Assembly: GCF_006345805.1 (NCBI RefSeq)
Contig: NW_021835991.1
Span: 186,001-250,000 of the forward strand
Length of the DNA stretch: 64,000 bases
Direction of reading: 5' to 3'
From: Octopus sinensis
Lineage: Eukaryota
Below the pieces are notes generated by a model. It did no database searches, had not been told where the DNA came from, and was given only the letters and a program-made list of their open reading frames with translations. Position numbers and translations under genes: made by a program. Shown one piece after another: positions 10,884 through 23,466 of the stretch; position 1 is the first letter of the stretch; every line of letters starts with the position of its first letter.

Positions 10884-12618
10884 CTAATTAATGTCATCCC
10901 TATTTTTTCTACAAAATAACAAATAAAATAACTTTTTTTTCTCTTTCCTTACAAAAGACGTCTCGACCACATTTCCATCACAACCAGACATAGACTGATT
11001 AACCGTCTTCTTCCTTTTTACAACCACAGTCTCGACATTGGCTGCATCATCAGTCACAATGGGGACAAATTCAGCAGATTCCATCAGCTTCTTTCTCTTA
11101 GTCCCCTTCCCGGCCACCATTGGAGACACCTCCCATGGAGAAGGTATCGCCAAGTTCAATTTAAACCTCAATTGTCGATATTGACTAAATTAGACATCAA
11201 ATCGTACTGGTCAATCCACTCTTGTGGGGTTGTCTCATTTCTACGTCCATATTGAAGCAACATTCCATTCTCTATCAAATGTTTCTTCAATTTAGACTAA
11301 AACACAATTTCCCGCCATAAATAGACCTACCACATCACCAAGTCCCCAACGACGTGGATATGTATCTCTTTCCATTAAAACCCTCTTAAGCTTAGCCACT
11401 ACTCCATGACTACACATCCCAATGTCCGCAGACTCCATTTTGGCTACCCCCAAGGCAACCGCTTCTCCTTTCGTAGTAACTATTACAACCACACTATCCA
11501 AGGTGATTCCTTCATCATATCTCAGTACTCCAGGGGCGAGGACCATTGCCCCATAGCACACAGCATTGACCTATTTTGTCATTTTTTGAACATACAGCTG
11601 AATCTTTGATAAAAATACGTTTGTAGGATAATAATAAGCCTTCCATTGGTTTGATCACATGTCTGAGGTATGTTTCGTTATTTTTATTGTCGTAATACCA
11701 CTGGGCGTCCAAGACGTCATGAAGAGTCACTAAATTGTCCTTAAAATATGTTTTGACTAGTAATATACATATTCGGTAATTTTTCCTGATTGGACTCTTC
11801 TTAGTTCAGTCATTTCTGCCCCTACTCCAAGATGTACTCCAATATGCTCACAAAGTGTACGGATATATGTCCCTGCCTCACATTTTACAGAAAAAAGTGC
11901 TATATAATAAAAATTATATTTACCAATGTTTTTATCCTTGTGGAATTCTAATAATTTTGACTCAAAAATTGTTCGGACTCGCAACTGTCTCTTCACTGCT
12001 GCAATCGCTGGAGGTTTTTGAAAATTGACCCACGAAAATAAGAAAGTGACTAAAAATATTAATAAAAAAAACATTTTGAATTTCCGTGATATTTTTTATG
12101 GCTTTATGTAAGCTCATGACACAGACATACTCTTTTCCGGCTGTTTGTTGCGATTTGACTAATCTTGTGGCATTTTCTATACACACAATAAGACATCCAG
12201 TGACCTAAATGGGCTAAAAATGTCTTATTTGTAACCTTTGGGTCTAATGTGCCAGAATGGCCTGTTTTATTCACTCTGAGAATTCTCTTTACCCACGCCA
12301 CTACTTCATGGGAGGACGGATTTGCAGGTTTATCCAAATTAATAAATCCAGATCTATTTTTATAGTATAATATATTAAAATGCCTTATATATTGATCAAT
12401 TGGTCTGTTTAAAGGAAACTCCGTATGGGAGAGGTACGTAGTGATTGGTTCGTACATTTAGTTTTTCGTAGTTCTTTTTAAATTGAATTTAGTGGGGATT
12501 ACTTTGAGTAATAAAGGCCATTTTTTGGATTTTAAACGTTGGCCTTAAGGTTTGGTTCTTCTGTCTTAAATAGGTTTTATTTTAGATTTTATACCATGTT
12601 TTCGTGCTCCAGGTCCAT
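10884..12618 (-). pseudogene. DKC1: Dyskerin/Cbf5 (H/ACA pseudouridine synthase) with about 10 tiny introns and about 3 frame disruptions
   Basis: [51 protein letters not shown] domain, [13 protein letters not shown], Lys-rich tail. Introns include 12354-12383, 12205-12235, 12050-12072, 11900-11923, 11740-11768, 11571-11595 and 11185-11207. Identity is certain; pseudogene versus assembly error is not. Confidence 0.9.
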
Positions 12619-12864
12619 TATGTGATATACAACACTTCACGTGCTTAATTTATTTTAATAATTTATTTAATATTTTTATTTATTAATTAATATTATATAT
12701 ATTATATAATTTTTAATACAAAAATAAATCATATTCTTAATTATTTTTAAAAATCAATGATTAACATATAAAAAACGAGTTATAGATATTTACTTTATTA
12801 TTTTTTATAATTATTCTTAAAAAACTATTATATTAAATTAAAAAACATTTAAAAGAAATAAATA

Positions 12865-13431
12865 TTATTTATTCCTTGATTTCTTGTGGTTCACTGTTGT
12901 CCAACCGGATTCTTCCTCATCAACTTGTTTATACAATTCACGATCATTTTCAATCTTTTTATTACATTCCTCCATCTCCATTGGAATAATTCCATAATTT
13001 AAATCACAAGACAAATCAGAAATTTTGTTTAGTTCAATATTCAGCTGTTGCCAATTCGTCCTTAAATTAAACAAATTAACCACAACATGAGCAACCTAAT
13101 TTAAATAGATTTAAAATTTATTTACATAACGAATCGAAATGTCGTCTTCCTCTATAATAAGGCCCAATGAGTCATAAAAGAAGTCACAAATGTCATCTTT
13201 GACTTCATCCTCTGAAAGTGGATCTTAAAGTTAAAAAAATGTCAAAAAACCTTTAATTAGTTGATCGGTCATTTCATTTATAAAAATGGTCAATTTATTG
13301 TCACAATCATTTTCATTTTTTGCGGCCTTTCGATTATATATTTATTTCTATGCCTGAAATATATTCCAGTGTTGGAAAAGTTGATAGATTGATTGTTTTA
13401 TTTTGTATAATATTTCATTGTCGCAATTCAT
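12865..13431 (-). CDS. TSR2: Pre-rRNA processing protein TSR2, 4 exons, 160 aa
   Basis: Exons 13431-13354, 13326-13251, 13223-13126 and 13095-12865 sum to 483 nt in frame. W..FQ|AA.N start, acidic core, and GWTTV..KK C-terminus match TSR2 as I recall it. Confidence 0.75.
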
Positions 13432-13639
13432 ATTTTTAAAATACACCACGTAGCCTATTGTAAAAGCATGATTTTATTTGATTTAGTTTTACAAAAATAT
13501 TATTTAATTAAATTTATTAAAAAATTAAAATGAACGATTGACGTTCAGTCAGCTGGGGAATTGTCTACTGTTGAGCTCTTATTGGCAAAAGCTGGCCTTA
13601 TGGCTCTTTAGGCTGGCCTTGTCACGAATGAAAGCTGTG

Positions 13640-14520
13640 GAAGAACTTTTAAATAAGTGACAAATCGATAAAGGGGAAACCCATTTACCGATGGTGAATA
13701 TATCAAGTCATGTTTTATTAAAACATGTGAAGAACTATTTCACTATTTTTAAATTAAGACAGAAATCGTGATTAAGATAATTAATATACCTTTATCGGCA
13801 AAAATTGTAGCTGGCATGATTTTTAAGATGTCTTCGAATGTAGTTATTTAATAAATTACTGACATTAAATTGGCTAATTTGATTTAAATAACGATAGATA
13901 AATCATGTGATATAAATGACATTACACAAGTATTTTTTTATGTTATATTTTGATCTTTTTGTTTGTTTGTTGGAGGGTTCCATTGGCAAGAACTTTTGGC
14001 ATTATTGTGTCTAACGTCAGTAAAACTTATTTTAAAAATGTTTTTGGTATATGCGAGAATCTTTCAAACATAGTCTTACAATGAAAATGCTTGAATATAA
14101 GTTTCAGGATTTTAGAAAAGAAAATACAAGTCTATCGTTTATATAAAATCTTCTATGTGCTAAACTGAGCAATTTAAAGTTATTCCTGTTTGAATTTAAC
14201 GCAGCTAAGTTAGAAATGCAACTTTAGAATTGATATGTAAGGATTTATTGGTATCAAAGTTTATTCACTTTTCAGAAAAACTTGAAACGATAGAAAAAAA
14301 TATTAGGTAAAATTAAGAGTGATATAGATTTATACTAAAGAAATCCAAAAAAATGATTTTCAAAAGTCTTAGTACTTTTCCGGATTCTTTTTTTAAATTA
14401 AAAAAATTTGCATATTAAATTTTAAAAATATCTGGGTCAATTCATGTATATGAAAAAAGTTTTGGACTTGATAATTTTAATATTTTCTGTTAATTTTTTG
14501 TTATTTTATTTGTATATGAA
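13640..14520 (+). mobile_element. hAT transposase relic
   Basis: Reads (K)PFTDGEYIKSCFIKTCEELF...PLSAK, GTF2IRD2-like. Confidence 0.65.
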
Positions 14521-14629
14521 TGATTTAAATTAAATAGTATAAATAATAACTATGTATTTTCGCTATTTTCATATAATCATCATTACTTATTTAATATGGG
14601 GTACAATTGGAGTCATTGGGACAATTTTA

Positions 14630-14875
14630 ATATGGAGCAATAATAGATCACTAGACTATGCCGATATCACCCCCAGTTTCAGGTACTATACAATAACGAG
14701 AAATGTTCAGTAACATGGATAACATTACACTGGAAAGTTCATTTCTTTTATCAATATGGAACAATCATAAACCACTAAATTTCACTTATCTCATCCCCTA
14801 TATCAGGTAGCATTAAATACGAACAAATATTCAGTGACATGGCTAACAATCGGCCACAAAGTTCATTTTTTTCAT
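14630..14875. repeat. Two diverged tandem units of about 125 bp
   Basis: Aligned blocks ATATGGA.CAAT.ATA, TCAGGTA, TTCAGT.ACATGG.TAACA, AAAGTTCATTT. Confidence 0.7.
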
Positions 14876-16759
14876 TATTTTTTACAATTTCGTTTCTTCA
14901 CGGTTTGTATTATATTTAATATATATAGCATTGGTTATTGCATATATAATATTAATCTATAATCGACAGAAGCTGGAAATCCTTCAAAAACCCCAATTAT
15001 TGAATAATATATTATTCCTTAATGAATTTATATCGGCTTTTGCAATTCTAATTCCAATCAATTTCCAGGTTTTTAATTTTCATTGGGAATTCAATTAGTT
15101 TGACCCACTTCGAAAGGTACACTTATTCGGAGCATTCATTGGGTTTTTTGGGAATACAATCGGGATTTGTATGCTGGTTAAGGTCGCTAAAATGCTTTAC
15201 CCACAATTCAAAACTAGGCAGGCGATTATATTCGAGTCGATTTTGGCAATTCTTAATGTTATTTCTTTTGCAATGTGTATGTGATGTAAGTTTTAACGTC
15301 TAGTTGTCATCTTTTATATTTTATCGAACAGCTTCGACAATAGAGTAATGTTTTTTTATAAAAATAGAATTTTTATCCTGTAAGTTCATTTTTTGAATGG
15401 ATGATGCTGCCGCTTACATTTTTATTTTTTGGATCGTACTATTTTGAATTTCGAGATCTCTGCGTTGAAATTCGCTTTGTGCGAGAAAAAATACCTGAAT
15501 AATTAATATTTATTTAATTTGTTTGATTATTCATTATTATAATGCCACAATCACAAAATTTGGTAATTGTAAATATAGAGCAAGTACACTTGAAGCAGAT
15601 AAAGTAATTGTTGAAGAATATTATAAAAAGTTAGTCCAGACTGTTTAAAGACTCAAGTGACCTACACAGTGATTAAATAATATTAAGTTATATGTTTAAG
15701 ACACAAAACTATGTATTAAGAACTGCAAGCCCGCCTTTATAAAATTAAATGATATCGCCAATAAGTTTGCGACTAAAGGAGCAAAAAGACTAAAAGATCG
15801 ACTGGAAATCAAAAACGAGAAATTAATAATTATGTTAATACTTTGGAGAATATTTTCGAAAAGGAACTACATAATAAAATATTGTCAGGAATAAAGGAAA
15901 TAAATTACGAGCAAAACAAACATCAGACACTGCTCAAAATTATTCATTAAAATACTCAGTGTAACCTATTCTTGTGTTTACCAAGACGTTATAATTATTT
16001 TAAAAATTGGCAAAAGGTCTTTGTATTCTCTTTTCAGAGGTTTCTCTCTTTTTGGATAAATTGTGCCTGAGTCCGTCATTAAATTCTTAGTGGATATGCA
16101 ACCATGTGCTACATTTCTAATTATAAATCTCGTGATCTTAAATACTATTTTTAATTGCCTTTCCAATGGCTCCTTGCATATGAGCAAACCATAAATATCT
16201 ACTTAGAAGGGAAGGACTGGATTGATCATTTCGGGTATTATTCGCTATTTCCATCATTACATTCACTTTTAAAATTTACATAAAATTTCAATTTCCATTT
16301 TCCACGGGAACAGTCAAGAAATTCTCTCCACAGAAAAATAGCTTATTATATCTTTGATTAATAAAATTTAATTTAGAGATGTGCAAAATAGATTTTCAGT
16401 GGCTCCGAATTTCTCTAGCTTAAATTTCCTGTCTTCCTAATTCTGAATTTTCTGCAAAAATACAAATGAAGAATTTAACAACTTCATTCTGTCTTTAGGA
16501 ATAAGAATAATTGAGCATTCTCTTACATCTTGTAGGAAGAAAATCTGGTACGATATTGTTAAAACACCAACCGACAATCATTGTAAAGAATTTGACTGTA
16601 ATGACGAGTTTAGTGGAAGGAGAAATGTTTATATGGCGAGATATCCGATACTTCCGTCAATTAGCTATGGAAATATATTTCGATTAAACCTGGCCTAATT
16701 AAGCATTTTTGTGAAGAATTGCTACTTTCATTAAAAACTACACACACGCTATTTATGGT

Positions 16760-17548
16760 TTATTATTATTATTATTTGCAACATACGTAGGATCATATTA
16801 GTTATAATTTTACTCGTGCAGCATTAAAAACAATCCTTTGAACCAGCCTCCTCCAACCTCCTCTGTCGTGAGCGAGTTTCCTCAGCTCGTCCAGATCCTC
16901 ACCACTCCTTAGCCTTTTCTTCACACATTTCAGGTCTCCGTCAAGTGTTTCCGGCAGCGTAACACGTGGACGTCCACGGAAGCTCGATCCCTCTTTCAGG
17001 AAGTAGCCCTCCATTGCTATGTTAGCTGGGGCAAGCATTCCATTCGTAGAATATGGCCAAATAACCTCCACCGCATATTAACGATTTCCACACTCAGAGG
17101 GCCAGTTCTGCATCTATTGTATAGCGATTCCTGGTTGATTCTTATAGGCCAGTTCAATCCCAGTAGGGATCTAAGTTGCCTGCGGTGAAAAGAATCGAGT
17201 CCACGTTGTTCAGTACTAGACATTCCCCAGGTCGCCGAATTATGTCAGGATTGGTTTGACAAAGGCTTCATACATCCTCAGACGAAGTGACGTACAGAGT
17301 CGTCGTTTGCCGATCCACTCTTTCTTTATCTTGTTCATCGTGGCCCAAGCGAGAGCCTTTCTTCTGACAATATCATGGCCGTCCCCAAGTAGAGAACCAA
17401 GTTTGTTCGTTTTGCGCCAGGCTTCACTTGAGCTGCTCTCCATCCTCATGATTTCAACGATGTCGGTTTTTCCAACGTTCATTTTAAGGAACCATCTGTT
17501 CAGCTCAGCAGGTGCCACTTCAAGGAGTCGAAGTAAGGCCGATTTGTC
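16760..17548 (-). mobile_element. RTE-clade LINE 3' fragment with (TAA)n tail
   Basis: KLGSLLGDG...RMYEAFVKPIL...RWRLFGHILR...GRPR; microsatellite tail. Confidence 0.85.
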
Positions 17549-17771
17549 GTTTGTCGTCTATTTATGGTTTTATCAAATTTAAAAATTAATATCACAATTA
17601 ATGCACCAAATAAACTGCTAATTAATTTCCATTATAGATATCTGAAAAATCAAAGGTTTAGATGGGCTGTAGACTAAGTCTACGAATGAGGGGCAATACT
17701 GTCCGCCTGATTTGTTTGACAAGGAAAGTGTAAAATCCTTTTACTTTAACAGGACATATTGATACATCAAT

Positions 17772-18224
17772 AGCCCCAGTGGCTGAAGACTATGGATGTT
17801 GGAATTCAAACGTCGTGGGTTCGAATCCGATAGAAACAAGTTTTCAGCCGGGGTCAAATCTTGTCAACGCTCCTCACCCGTGAGGCGACGAGTCCATCTG
17901 GCACGACACAGATGTCGAAAGGGGGACCTCCTACCTCCCCTGATCACATTACCGATAAAAAATCTCCATTATGCAAAAACCCGTCCGGATTCAAATGAAG
18001 TGCGGTGAGCTACGGTAGGAGGCTGACAAATGGGAACTGGACATACCAGAAATTCCCCACCTCTCTTTGGAGACGGATGGCTGTAATGAAGATTTGGAGG
18101 CTAATGTTGATTCGGCACAAGCAATCCCTTCGTTCCTTGCTCCTTCATTTGATTAGTTAGTTGTGACTGTTTGTGCTGGGCTTGCCATGTTGTGCAAGCT
18201 TGGGGGTTATAAATAAATAAATAA
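17772..18224 (+). mobile_element. Putative tRNA-derived SINE
   Basis: A-box-like TAGCCCCAGTGG, B box GGTTCGAATCC, (TAAA)n tail, flanks GATACATCAAT and GATAGATCAAT; second copy at 485-775. Confidence 0.65.
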
Positions 18225-18989
18225 GATAGATCAATCCTATCACCAATTAGCCCATGTTCAAATTCAGAAATCCTTTAAGGACACCAGATAATCCATATAG
18301 ACAGAATTCATCTCCATTTCATTTTCAAGCAGATAACCAATTTGTGTTTTTGTTTATTATTGTCCTTTAGATAAAACTATGAATTCGGAATTGAAAATAC
18401 CGATCATCAATTATCATAAATTGATTCGCCTTTCCTATAAGTTTGTATTTTCAGATTTAGATGTAGTACGGGTACGGGTTTTTACGGGTTTTTGGAGTAA
18501 TACATTTACCAGATTTTGATATTCACTGTCATTTTTCACGTAACCTAAGGATTGAGACTATACTGATACAACATCTTTCGGGAGATACCATCTTTTAATT
18601 AAAATGACGCTTATGATAAATTATTTTTTTTGTTTATTTAATGTCAAACTATGTAAGTCACGCTGTCAACAATGAAGGTCGCTCTGGTCGCCTGTGTAAG
18701 GCGGGCATATTAAACCAACTTCAAGATTATGAGGATTTGCCTTATGTGCGCATATCGATTCTAAGGGATGACATTGAACACCCTTCATTTTGCATCCAAA
18801 TCTCATACGAAATTTGTATGGTCCTTGTTATCATTGAAAAAATTCTGAACAACATTCTGGATTGATTTTGTACAAGCCCGGGATCCAGAATTGTGGTAGA
18901 GTATATGTTTTAGCAGTTATACATGAAAACGATACATGATAATTTGAAAATTTTCATTAATGTAATAATAATAACGATAAACTATTTTA

Positions 18990-19400
18990 AAGCCAAAGCA
19001 CTCAATTCGCGTCCCAATTTTTAGATATTTTCTTGATAAATACTATTGTTTCTAAATAACCCATTTTCAATTTCAGTTGAAAATCTTCCTTCTGAAAATT
19101 GTATAATTCAGGAAGAATTTATCGACATGAAAAATGATGCATATGAAAACACGTATTTACTGATGTTTCGCGAAACGATTTCTGTATTCAGATTGCTGAT
19201 TCCTATTCAGATTTGGCAAAAGTGGTACTTTAGTGCTTATTTCATTTTCAACTAACATATGAGTATGAGACGGAATTTTCAACACTACCTACCATTAAAT
19301 CAAAATTCCGAAATCCAGTTACTATTGCAGTTATATCCAGTTATAAATTAGGTATGTCAAATGAAGAAAAAAAATTAAAAATCATGTTTGTTTCAAACAA
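18990..19400 (+). mobile_element. hAT 3' relic (second copy at about 46330-46640)
   Basis: NPFSISVENLPSENCIIQEEFIDMKND; clear nucleotide similarity between the two copies. Confidence 0.6.
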
Positions 19401-19429
19401 TAATTTATCAAATATCATTTCTTAGGCCG

Positions 19430-19800
19430 AGATGGTGCAGTGTTTGAAAAACTTGGTAGAAAAAATTAATTTTCTTAGTAAATTAGCCAATTTGAGAATT
19501 GGCGACAATTTTTGAATTAATTTTTTTTGTTTAGAAAAATTACTACAACCAATGGATTTTGGAATTATAAAAACCTTCAAGACTCATTTCATGAGAAGAA
19601 AGCTAAAGTAGTTAACTGATTTGCTGGAGACTTAAAATATTTCTGTATACAATTCATACAAAAAATTGACATTAAAAGATGCAATTTTGTTTGTTAATAT
19701 GGGTGGGGGTGACGTATCTACTGAAACCATTCAAAATTGTTTTATGATTTTAAATAAATCTAGTCTCGAAAATCCATTAATTTAACATTATGACACTGAA
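19430..19800 (+). mobile_element. pogo DDE relic
   Basis: Reads LQPMDFGIIKTFKTHF. Confidence 0.65.
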
Positions 19801-19984
19801 ATTGAAAGAATTGATATTTTAGATCCTTTAATGAGTCAAGATTTTTTAAATATCGAATGCACATCAATTTTTACAATAAATTAGTACCTATTTAAGACCA
19901 TAATCTGTTTAACAAATTTAAAAAGTAACCTAAAACTTGAATGACAGCAGACCACGATTAATTTGTATAAAATACGTGAATTAA

Positions 19985-20330
19985 GATATTGGTTTAGCTA
20001 GACAATAATGATGTTGTCCTTTCATATGCGGATGACATCGTATTAGCCTCACGGGACCAGGACATCCAGAAGGCCTCTAAAAAACTCCAAGCTAACTTCG
20101 ATCGGCTCAACCTATGGCTAACTGACAACCGAATCGTGATAAACGCGGAGAAATCCGCCACCTCACTTTTCACATCTGATAAAAGATTGGGAATGGCTTC
20201 TATCGACTTGAAGTTTAACAGTGTGTCCATACCCTTCTACAGAAGTCAGACCGTTCTAGGGGTAACCCTCGAGATGCACCTTTGCTTCTCCTCGGACACA
20301 GACAACCTCCTTTACAAATGCAAAAAAATG
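19985..20330 (+). mobile_element. I/jockey-like LINE RT fragment
   Basis: Reads VVLSYADDIV...INAEKSATSLF. Confidence 0.8.
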
Positions 20331-20553
20331 AAAATTACACATCGTTAAAACAAAATTAAATCGCTGCTTTTTCCATGATATGATTATGCAGTGTTTATAA
20401 AGTAACTTATTTTGCTTAAATTAATTACAGATCTCTTTGAAACTATAAAGGTTGATGAACAGCAAGACTCTCACGAATGTTATATATATTCTCTAAAAAC
20501 TAAATGAAATTATTTTTTGAATAATATTATTTTTGAACACTTGATACTTATCT

Positions 20554-21300
20554 TTGTGTAATACATTCCAAGATTTCTATTCACCAAAGCTGAAAAAGTG
20601 GCTAGCTAACTTCCTCAGCGGCCGAAGAGGCAGGATCCAACAAAACAATACAAGATCGATGTCACGAAATTTTCCAAACGGAGTCCCTCAAGGCTCACCC
20701 CTTTCGCCAGTTCTCTTTAACTTATTCTTATCGGACCTCCCGCTACCAAACGACAAAGACTCAATCGTACTATCATACGCTGACGATATTGTGATTGCTA
20801 CTCGGAGCTGTGAGGTTAACATAGCAAGTTCAAAACTACAGAACTACCTCCACAATCTCGAAAGTTGACTTTCGATAAATCGACTATCAACAAATCCTGA
20901 AAAATCAGTCACTACGCTTCTGACTTCAGCAAGGAAGCTTGGGAAAATGGTGGTGAACTTATATCTAAACAACATGGAAATCCCCTTTAAAAAATCCCGG
21001 AAAATCCTCGGCGCGACTTACGATAGTCATATGTGTTTCTCCCAACAAGTTGAAAATGTTACAACTAGCTGCATGAAGAAACTGAACATCATAAAAGTGT
21101 TCCTCCGAAAATGCAAACAATGGATCAGCTTCCTCACACGCCAATCAATCTACCGGCAATAAATCGAACCCTCCATTAGTTATGTTTGTGGTGCGTGGGG
21201 AGGGTTGTCAGTGAAACGAACCGTGAAAAATCGAAAAAACTCAAGAACGATTTCGGAAAGCACTACTAGGACCGAATGAACATCTATACATCGAATGATT
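20554..21300 (+). mobile_element. I/jockey-like LINE RT fragment
   Basis: GVPQGSPLSPVLFNLF, YADD; homologous to 34332-35195. Confidence 0.85.
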
Positions 21301-22299
21301 AATTAGTTCTATGTTTTGGACAATCGTGATCTTTAGCAAAATATTCTCAATGAATGCTGTAATAAATTGCTGGACCAACAAATTAGATGACGCCAATTCA
21401 AACAAAATTTTCCAAATAACCAACCACTTAATAATTGGATTCACAGGGAACATGCACGTTTTCGATAATTTGTTCATTTCAAGTCGTTTTAATTATTTGT
21501 ATTTTTCTAATTAATTTGTTATGTAGATTGCAGCATCATGTGGATCCAGGAAATTTAATAATACTAATTACGTCCTTAAATTATTGCTGAGCGGATCAGT
21601 TGATCAAAAATAATATAAATTAAAGAATAAAAACGTCAGACGAAGTAAAATTTTTTGCATTACTATCAGACACGCAGCCAAAACAGATTCTCATACTGGC
21701 AAAAATGCCATCGTTAGGAGAAATAAGATTTTGAGTAATCAAATAGACCAATATGGAGCATATGCAATTTACACTCATTTCACAGTCTCAGGAGGAACGT
21801 ACACCATCGGATATATTAAAAAAATAATTACATGAATAAAGAAATAAATTGAGTTATAAAATGATAAAAAAATAAAAATTTTCATTAAAAAATAAGATGA
21901 AATCCAATAAATGAAGATGACAGAAAAAATAATAGTTTTTCAAAAGTTTCAAAATAAGTAAAAACCAGATTAATAGAATAAAATCGGACAATATCATTAA
22001 AATTATGAAATTTCAGAAAATTTAATTATTAAAAGAAATTACATATCGAATTATTCTTTCTGAATCCAATTAAATAAATAAAGTGTGACAAATAATTGAA
22101 TGAATACCACAAAGTAAATCAAGCGCGTGCTGACACGTGGTTTAATTTATTATTTGTTTTCAAAAATTAAGATAATTAAACAATAATTAATAAAAAATAA
22201 ACTTTATTTTAATTACAGCACAGTTTAAAATGTCAGTAATTTTTACCCTTGTTAAAGAACGGGAATCTAAGAATAATCAGAGTCTCAAAAGAATGTTTT

Positions 22300-22510
22300 T
22301 TATTTATTTAACCTCATTCCCCCTGATATTGGGAGGAATGCGGCACGAAGAAAACCGACAGACCTCTTAGGGTCACACCATAAGTTAAGGAGAGAAATCT
22401 TCTATAAGATCTCCTTATGGCGGTGAGATTTTGCAATCCAGAACGACGTGCGTTACTCTGTGTCGTCCGTCATGGCAGATTGGACAGGACGCATCAACGT
22501 CCTTATCCAG
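22300..22510 (-). mobile_element. LINE 3' end with CCHC knuckle
   Basis: Reads SCPICHDGRHRVTHVVLDC, then a structured UTR and A-rich tail. Confidence 0.6.
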
Positions 22511-22589
22511 TTTGTTTTTATTTGAAAATAACAAATTACTTTAGAATTGTGTCTATATGAGCTACATGATATTTTATTCTGTAACGTAT

Positions 22590-22655
22590 CAAGGTTACCA
22601 TAGCAACACGTAAAAGCTTCAGGTCACCCATAGGCTTCAAGTTGTCCATGTGACA
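22590..22655. mobile_element. Solitary Ginger-like terminus
   Basis: ...CCATGTGACA followed by TAATA; its reverse complement resembles the 31078 terminus. Confidence 0.6.
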
Positions 22656-22659
22656 TAAT

Positions 22660-23466
22660 AATTCCAAGATTTCTATTGAAACAAACAAATATTAAAATTG
22701 CAAAGTGTCTACAAACTTCTTCTGAAAGAGAAGTTGCAAAAAAATTCAAGATAACAAAGGCACTACTTCCCAAATAAAAAAACATTTCTTCTTTCATTAA
22801 TACCGGATCAGTCATTTCAAGGTTAGTTCAAATAGATAAAGTTGAGCAAGTTTCTAATGAAATAAATCAATTTGACTATCAAAGATTAACGACGACTTTC
22901 TCCTGGAAGCAAATTGAGGAAAATAGAGAAGAATTAGTTGAAGATAAAAATTGCTGGGAAGAAGTCCTGGAAGAAATATAACTGAAGTAATATCTGAAGA
23001 AAACAAAGATCTATTCAAAAGTCGCTAATTTTATAATGGAATTGGCACAGAGGAAAAAACAACGATATTAGAAACGTATAAAATGATGGATAAGTTAGAA
23101 AATTTAGCGCAAAATAATCTTTTGAGACACTCTAAAAATATTATGAGTTTAGATTTCAACTTGGAAAAGATTTAAAAAATAAGAAAAATTTGAAATTGAC
23201 TGATTATTTTAAAAAAATGTTTTAAAAAGAATGATTTATTAATTAATCAAAATCAAATAAAAAAACAGAATAGAAATCTATCAAACTATAGAGCAAAAAA
23301 GCACAACTTATTGTCTTATCTCCATATAAACACTTTGGAAGATGTGAAAGAGTTCTTTCTTTCGAAAAATAAACCAAAATTTAAATTAAATGAACTATAA
23401 TTCAATAGTTTGAATCAGACCTCCGCTTTCTGGGACACTTTGGTGCCCCATCTCAGGGTTAGACTG
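22660..23466 (+). mobile_element. pogo/Tigger relic
   Basis: HTH IKIAKCLQTSSEREVAKKFKI; right TIR ...GGGTTAGACTG. Confidence 0.6.

Noticed and set aside
14640-14790. TAA/TAG reassigned to Gln
   Set aside because: TSR2 and several transposases end at TAA where homologs end, and none of the long ORFs contains an internal TAR.
17765-17840. Functional tRNA gene
   Set aside because: Acceptor and T stems do not pair properly, and it continues into a repeated body and tail; better explained as a SINE head.
21311-21514. Proteasome beta-like fragment (KIFQITNHLIIGFTG)
   Set aside because: A single short motif with no supporting exons nearby.
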